From: an uncultured Clostridia bacterium
GTDB lineage: Bacteria > Bacillota > Clostridia > Christensenellales > UBA1242
Assembly: GCA_944377145.1 (NCBI GenBank)
Contig: CALWEH010000012.1
Coordinates: 6,131 to 70,130 of the forward strand
DNA: 64,000 nucleotides
Direction of reading: 5' to 3'
The notes below the pieces were generated by a model that was given only the letters and a program-made list of their open reading frames with translations, made no database searches and had not been told where the DNA came from. Shown here piece by piece: positions 18,701-27,700 of this stretch. The first letter of the stretch is position 1. Each line of letters begins with the position of its first letter. A program made the position numbers and the translations under genes.

Positions 18701-21700
18701 CTTGTGTATTAACAGCAAATGCAAATGGCGGAAGCATATCATCTACAAGTGGCTGGAGCGGAACAGGAAATACAGCTACAAAAACATTAAATTATGGTGC
18801 AAGTTATAGCACACTTCCTAGCGTAAGCAGAACAGGTTATACTTTAAAAGGCTGGTATACAGCTTCAAGCGGAGGAACACAAGTAACAAGCTCTACCACA
18901 ATGGGTAGAACTAATACTACAATATATGCTCAATGGACTATAAATACATATACTGTAAAAGTTACTAGAAATAGCAATAATGTTACTCACCCAACTAGCA
19001 TAAATATTTCAGCAAGCGGTTGTACAATAAGCGATAGTTCAATAGCAGCAGGAGAAAGTGCAACAATCAGTCATACATATTCTACATCTCCAATAACAAT
19101 AAGCTTTGAGTTTACAAGAAGTAATACATCTTATAATTATTATGCAGATATAAATGTGAATGGTTCATGGAATTCAAGTATGAAAAATTCAGGAAGTTAC
19201 AGCTGGACACCAACTTCTAATATTACTATTCATCTAGGTATTTTGGAATTATTTACTGTAAAATCACAAGCAGGAACAGGAGTAAGCTCAGCAACCTTCT
19301 ATTATATTTGGGGAGATCCTATAGGACCTGTAACTACACGTGAAGTATATTATGGAGGAGGAATAGACTTTAGCGCTACAGTAAAAACAGGTTATACCTT
19401 TAAAGGCTGGTATACAAACAGTGCTGGTACAGGAACAGCTGTAAGCACAAGTGCAGATTTCTCAATAGAAAAGCAAAACCCTGGAATTACAGATTCTGCT
19501 ACATATTACGCTATAGCTACACCTAACACTTATACAATTACATATAATGGAAATGGACATACAGGTGGAAGCACTAGCAATAGTACACATACTTACGATG
19601 TATCTAAAGCCTTAAATACAAATGGATATACAAAACAAGGTTATTCATTTATGGGGTGGGCTACATCTGCTTCTGGATCTAAAGTATATAATGATGGGCA
19701 AGCTGTATTAAATCTAACTTCAACTAATGGAGCTACTGTAACATTATATGCTGTTTGGGCAGTAGGGCAGTCTCCATATACAGTTAATTTATATGTAATG
19801 AATACATCTGGAAGCTATGCTTTAAATTCAACTGTTACTAGAAATGGAACTACAAACTCTACAATTACATTATCAACCCTTGCTGAAGATGCAGGTTCAA
19901 ATATAATAGTTCCAAACGGAATTGAATATAGCTATGGAACAGTAGGCGGTTCTACTGTAACATCTACCACTGTTCTTGCAGATGGCTCTAGAACAATAAA
20001 TCTATATTTCGAGCGTTTAAAACATACTCTTACTAGAGATCTTGATGGAGGATATGTATCAACAAATAATTCTAGAAATTACACTGTTGATGTGTATTAT
20101 CAGCGAACATTGAGTTTCGGTGCAACTGATTTGAAAGTTGGATATTCTTTAGTTGGATATACCCTTTCAGGTGGAGGTGGAGCAACTGTTACAAGTTTAG
20201 CTAGCAATGGAAATGCAACCTTTACTATGGGAACAGAAGATGTTACTCTCACTTCTCAATGGGAAGCTAATACATATAATCTTTACTATGATTATAACGA
20301 CGGCTCAAATCCAAACCTATATGGTTATCATCTTGTAGTAGATAGTGAGATGACTTATAGTAATGGAGAGTTTACTACAGCCTCAGCTAGTTCTTTAGTT
20401 AGTGGAAATGCTTATTCTTTCTCGAAAGTACAATTATATAATGGCTCTAGTTATGTGTCAGAGCTATCTATAAAAGATTCTACAGGAACATTTGTAACCA
20501 CATTTACAAAAACAGAAGATGTAAATAGGATAAAAATTGCAGCAAATGGTAATTTGGCTGATAATGGCATATATATTTCAATAGATAATTTAATAAATAA
20601 CGAAACTTATACTATTCAATGCTTGATTACATCATATAGCTCATCTACAATAAAATTTAAAAACATTAAAATAGAGCAGGGTAGCACAGCTACAGCTTAT
20701 ACTCAAGAAGCAAAAGCTGTTACATACGATTCTAACTATGGAACACTTCCTACTCCTACTCGTACAGGATACACTTTCAATGGTTGGGTAAATAATTATT
20801 TTGACCTTGAATCATTTGTAAATTTCTATAATGATAATAATAGTGTTAATACAGGCTATACTCCATATTTAATGCCAGACGGGCATACTATTAGATGGTG
20901 TGGACCTAGCGGACATGATGGTAAAGATATTATCTACAAGCCAGGAGTTACAGTAGACGGCAAAACATACGGTACAGCTTTAGCTAATGGAACATATAGG
21001 TTAAGCTATTATGGAGATTGCCCAACTATAAACGAAGGGCAATCTACCACAAATTTATGTGTTGTAAATGCAGATGGAGGTGTAATAGTCAATCCAGGAT
21101 ATGTTCCATGTGATGGAGTAAGGCATTTTTATAGCTTTACTTTCAATGTAGATGATAATTTTGGAGGATTTAGATTATCATATAATTATAGCTATTTGAC
21201 ATATTTTGACAATATTATATTAGAAAGAATAGATGACCATACTCCAACTTATACTACAAGCTCTAGTACAGTAAAAACTCCTATAGACCACACTTTAACA
21301 GCTTCATGGGATATAAATAGCTATACCTTAACAGCAAATGCAAATGGCGGAAGCATATCATCTACAAGTGGTTGGAGCGGAACAGGAAATACAGCTACAA
21401 AATCTGTAACATACCAAGCAAGCTATGGAACATTACCAACAGTAACAAGAGAAGGCTATACCTTCAAAGGCTGGTATACAGCTTCAAGTGGAGGAACACA
21501 AGTAACAAGTTCAACCACAATGGGAGCAGGAAATACTACAATATATGCTCAATGGGATATAAATAGCTATACCTTAACAGCAAATGCAAATGGAGGAAGC
21601 ATATCATCTACTAGTGGTTGGAGCGGAACAGGAAATACAGCTACAAAAACATTAAATTATGGTGCGAGTTATGGCACTCTTCCTAGCGTAAGCAGAACAG

Positions 21701-24700
21701 GTTATACTTTAAAAGGCTGGTATACAGCTTCAAGCGGAGGAACACAAGTAACAAGCTCTACCACAATGGGAATAGGAAATACCACAATATATGCACAATG
21801 GACTATAAATAGTTATACCTTAACAGCAAATGCAAATGGAGGAACTATATCATCTACAAGTGGTTGGAGCGGAACAGGAAATACGGCTACAAAAACATTA
21901 AATTATGGTGCAAGTTATGGCACACTTCCTAGCGTAAGCAGAACAGGTTATACTTTAAAAGGCTGGTATACAGCTTCAAGCGGAGGAACACAAGTAACAA
22001 GTTCAACCATAATGGGAATAGGAAATACCACAATATATGCACAATGGACTATAAATACATATACTGTAACAGTTACTAGAGGTGGAAACATTACTCACCC
22101 AACTAGCATAAATATTTCAGCAAGCGGTTGTACAATAAGCGATAGTTCAATAGCAGCAGGAGAAAGTGCAACAATCAGTCATACATATTCTACATCTCCA
22201 ATAACTATAAGCTTTGAATTTACAAGAAGTGATTCATCTTATAATTATCATGCAAGTATAAATGTAAATGGAGCATGGAATTCAGGGATTACAAATTCAG
22301 GAAGCTATAGCTGGACACCAACAGGGAATATTACTTTAGATTTATATATTTATGAAATGTTCCTTGTAAAAGTGGAAGCTGGAACAGGAGTAAGCAATGC
22401 TGAATTTGATTATATTTGGAGGGATAGCATTAATAATAGTTCACTTACATCTTACAATGTATTATACGGTGCAGGAATAGACTTTAGAGCTACAATACAA
22501 GAAGGCTATACATTTAAAGGTTGGTATACAAACAGCGAAGGAACAGGAACTCCTGTAAGCACAAGTGCAAATTTCTCAATAGAAGAAAATAATCCTGGAA
22601 TTACAGACTCTGCTACATATTATGCTATAGCTGAACCTGTTGGGCTTCAGGTAGTGTTGAACAAGCAAGGCGGAGGAAATAATGAAACTATAGATGTAAC
22701 ATATACTCAAGCTTTACCTAATGTTACTCCTCCTGTAAGAGATGGATATACATTTGGAGGATATTTCACACAACCTTTAGGGCAAGGTGAGCAATATTAT
22801 AACAGCAATGGCCAAGGAATTAAGAATTGGGATAAAACATCAGGTGCAGTTCTATATGCTAAATGGACAGCTGTAATGAATATTGTATATGTTGGAGAGC
22901 AAGATAATATTAGAGATGCTACAGATATAAATCTTAGTGTAACTAGCGGAAGCTTTAGTGCAAATAGTTTATCTTTAGGAGAAACTGCTAGATATTCAAT
23001 AGTTGCAGGAGCTAGTGTAGACTCTATAACTATTACTGCTACAAGGGCAGGAAGTGGAAATTATTATATAAACTTTGGAAGTAATTGCTCTACATCATCT
23101 TCTTTAAATACTGCTACATATTCAGTAGTACCTTCAAACCGTACTATTAATATATATCTAGCTCAAAGAATGTTCTTGAGAGTTACTCATACTACTAATT
23201 ATGACGAATGTGTTCACTCAACAAATCTTGAATTCTCTTCATCAGGAGCAAAATTAAATATTATTCAACCTGTACTTGAAAGAGGAGAGCAAAACTATAT
23301 TTATGCTATATATAATAGTGGAAATGTAATTTTAACAGCTTCTGCTACAAATTCTCAATATGATTATTATATAGAGACTTTATACGATGGAGATTATGAG
23401 GCAAATCCAATATCTTGGGATACTACATTTGATGCTTATGTTTACTATTCAGTAATAGAGAGGTTTACAGTAGATATTGGCTCAACTACAGGAATAAGCT
23501 CAGCTCAGTTTAGTGTGGATTGGAGAGGAAATATAACTACCTATAGTTCTGCACAAAGCGTATTGCAAGGTTCTGGTATAACCTTTACAGCACAGCTTGA
23601 ACAAGGCTATAGCTTTAAAGGTTGGTATGATAATCCAGAAGGAACAGGTAATCCTTTAAGCACAAGCTTAGAATATGAATATTGCGTATATGCAAATCCA
23701 GGCGGTGGCGGAGTTCGTTCTAATGTAACATTATATGCAGTAGCTAATATAAGCACATACACAGTAACAGTTACTATAAAAGATAATAATGTTACTCACC
23801 CAACTAGCATAAATATTTCAGCAAGTGGCTGTACAATAAGCGATAGTTCAATAGCAGCAGGAGAAAGCTCTACAATCAGTCATACATATTCTACATCTCC
23901 AATAACAATAAGCTTTGAGTTTACAAAAAGCGATTCGTCTTATAATTATAATGCAGGTGTATATGTGAATAGTTCATGGAATTCAAGCTTTACAAATTCA
24001 GGAAACTATAGCTGGACACCAACAGGAAATATTGATATAAATCTATATATTTATGAAATGTTCCTTGTAAAAGTGGAAGCTGGAACAGGTGTAAGCAATG
24101 CTGAATTTGATTATATTTGGAATAATACTGAAGGGCCTTTAACGGAATATAATTATGTAGTATACGGAGCTGGAATAGACTTTAGAGCTACAGTAGAGGA
24201 AGGCTATACATTCAAAGGCTGGTATACAAACAGCGAAGGAATAGGAACAGCTGTAAGCACAAGTGCAAACTTCTCTATAGAAGAGAAAAATCCTGGAATT
24301 ACAGATTCTGCTACATATTATGCTATAGCTACACCTAACAGCTATACCTTAACAGCAAATGCAAATGGTGGAAGCATATCATCTACAAGTGGCTGGAGTG
24401 GAACAGGAAATAGTGCTACAAAATCTGTAACATACCAAACAAGTTATGGCACACTTCCTAGCGTAAGCAGAACAGGCTATACATTCAAAGGTTGGTATAC
24501 TCAATCAAGCGGAGGAACACAAGTAACAAGTTCAACCATAATGGGAATAGGAAATACCACAATATATGCACAATGGACTATAAATATATATACTGTAACA
24601 GTTACTAGAAGTGGAAACATTACTCACCCAACTAGTGTAAATATCACAGCAAGTGGTTGTACTATAACTGATAGCTCAATAGCAGCAGGAGAGAGCTCTA

Positions 24701-27700
24701 CAATCAGTCATACATATTCTACATCTCCAATAACTATAAGCTTTGAATTTACAAGAAGTAATACATCTTATAATTATTATGCAAGTATAAATATGAATGG
24801 TTCATGGTATGGAAGTATGACAAATTCAGGAAGCTATAACTGGACACCAACAGGGAATATTGATATAAATCTATATATTTATGAACAATTCCTTATAGAA
24901 GTAGAAGCAGGAACAGGAATAAGTAATGCTGAATTTGATTATATTCTAAATAGTAACTTTGAAAGTTCACTTACATCTAAAAATGCATTATACGGAGCAG
25001 GAATAGACTTTAGAGCAACAGTAGAGGAAGGCTATACATTCAAAGGCTGGTATACAAATAGCGAAGGAACAGGAAATCCTGTAAGCACAAGTGCAAACTT
25101 CTCTATAGAAGAGAATAATCCTGGAATTACAGACTCTGCTACATATTATGCTATAGCTAGTGTAGACAACTATTCTGTAACACTAGATTATAATGGCGGA
25201 ACAGATAATTTATTCAATAATAATAATAATCTTTTAGACGGAACATTTGAAAATGGTGAAACAGGAAGTCCTACAATACAAAGTGAGGGAATTGCAGATA
25301 TAAGCAATAACTCATTTAATGGAAACAATTCATTGCGTTTCAATTCTACAGTTCCAGGAACTTATGGTTCAAGATTAGTTTATTGGATAAGTAGCTTACA
25401 AAATGGAGATTATAGATTAAGAGCTAGAGTAATGGCAAGTGAAGATACTGAACTTATTTTAACTGTTGAAAGAAATGATACTTATGCTCAATTAATACAA
25501 ACTTATATTGATTTACAGGCTAATACATGGGTGCAAATTGACGGCACATTTAATATTAATTTTGATGCAAGTATGGCTTTAATATTTAGAATTGTAGATC
25601 TAAATGTAGATTTATATATTGATGATATAGAGATAACAAACATAAGCTCAAATTATTCTCCAAAAACAAGTTATGAATACAATATTAACACAGGAGAGGT
25701 TAAATTACCTTATGCTGTTAAGTCTGGATATGTATTCAAAGGTTGGAATACTAAAGCAGACGGAACTGGAGATTATGTAACATCATACAACGGAGCATTA
25801 CAAGCAAATGTAACATATTATGCTATTTATGAATTAAGTGCTGCTACTGTTGTAATAAGCGGTGATAAATCTAGCATTAAATATGGAAGTGAGGGTGCTA
25901 CAATATCTGCAAGTGTAGATACAAATGGTTTGTCTAGTTCATTAACATATCAATGGTATAGAGGAACTAGCGAAGACTTTGAAATGAATTCAACTTCTTT
26001 AATTAGTGGTGCAAATTCTAGCACATATAATCATACTGCTTCACTTACAGATGCTGGAACATATTATTATAAAGTTTTAGTTACAAATTCTAAAGATGGA
26101 GAAACTGCTAAGGCTATAGCTTCAAATACTATACAATTAGTTGTAAATCCTGGAGATGCTAATCTTGAAATAAGCATGCAAGGATATACATATAACGAAA
26201 CTGTAGCTTCTCCTCAAGTTGAGAATAATATAAGTGGTGGAGAGGTAACATTCTATTACAATACTAGTGAATCTAGTACAGGTGGAACATTATGGAATAA
26301 CGTCACTCCAACAAGTTTAAATGCTGGAACATATTATATGTATGCTACAGTATCAGCTAATGGAAATTATTTGGCAGGTGTTTCTAATATTGTTGAATTT
26401 GTGGTTGCGAAAGGCGATTTAAATTCAACAATAACCACAAATAACAACAATTTATTCAGCAAAGTTTATGATGGAACAGAATTATCTGCATACATTACAG
26501 CTCCATTTACATATACAGTTTACTTTGGACCAACTATAGATTATGGAGCAGTAATTGAAAACAGTGCAAATAGTTTAACTAAGATTGCTGGCAGAACAAC
26601 TATTGGTAGTGAAACTTATTATTATAGAATTACAGCTCCAAACTTCGAAGATGAGGTAGGAAATATAACTTTAACAATTAATCCAAGAGAGGTTGCAGTT
26701 GTATGGGAGATTGAAACTTACACATACAACGGAACAGATCAAGGAGAAAGTGTAAAAGCTTATTATGAAGATGCTTCTGGAACTAAAGTATATTGCGATG
26801 TAAGCTTTAATGGAGAAGATACTGTATTCATGAATGCTGGAAGCTATATTGCTACAGCAAGCGATGAAAGTGGGGTATATATCTTAACTAATACCACAAT
26901 CGAAGTTGAAATGAATAAAGCGAGTGTAACTATCACTGCTGATAACAAAACTATAACTTATGGCGATAATGCTCCTACATTTACTCATAGTGTGAGTGGC
27001 AATATTGCTAGTAAAGATTCTTATACAGTAAGTTATAGCGTTGTAGATATTGATAACAGCCCTGTAATAGTATCAAATACAACTGATGCTGGACAATATA
27101 TAATAAAACCTAGTAGCAATTTATCTACAGATAATTATAATATTAGTTATGAAAACGGAAGTTTAATAATTAATAAATATAATTTAAGCAATGCTACAAT
27201 TGATGATATAGAAGATTATACCTATACAGGATATGATATAACTCCAAAACCAAGCGTAACAGCTTTAGGAGTTGTATTAACAGAAAATGTTCACTACATG
27301 TATAGCTATGACGAAAATGTAAAAGTAGGTGAAGCTACAGTTACCGCAACGGCTGTAGAAGACTCTAACTTTACAGGAAGCATTAGCACAACATTTAACA
27401 TAACATCAGTAGTGGTGCAAATACCAACATCTCAAAGCGAGTTAGTGTACACTGCGCAAGAGCAAACGGCTAATATCCCAACCAGTAGCCAATATACATT
27501 AACTAATAATACAGCTACAGATGCTGGTAATTACAATGCAACTGCTAGTTTGGTAGACAAAGAAAATTATACATGGAGTGATGGTAGCGCAACTGATAAG
27601 TTAATTCCATTTACAATTAAGAAAGCAGATACTGAAATAACGCTAGAAAAACAAACTGTTGAACTACGCACAGGAACTACTACAACTAATAAAGCAAGTG

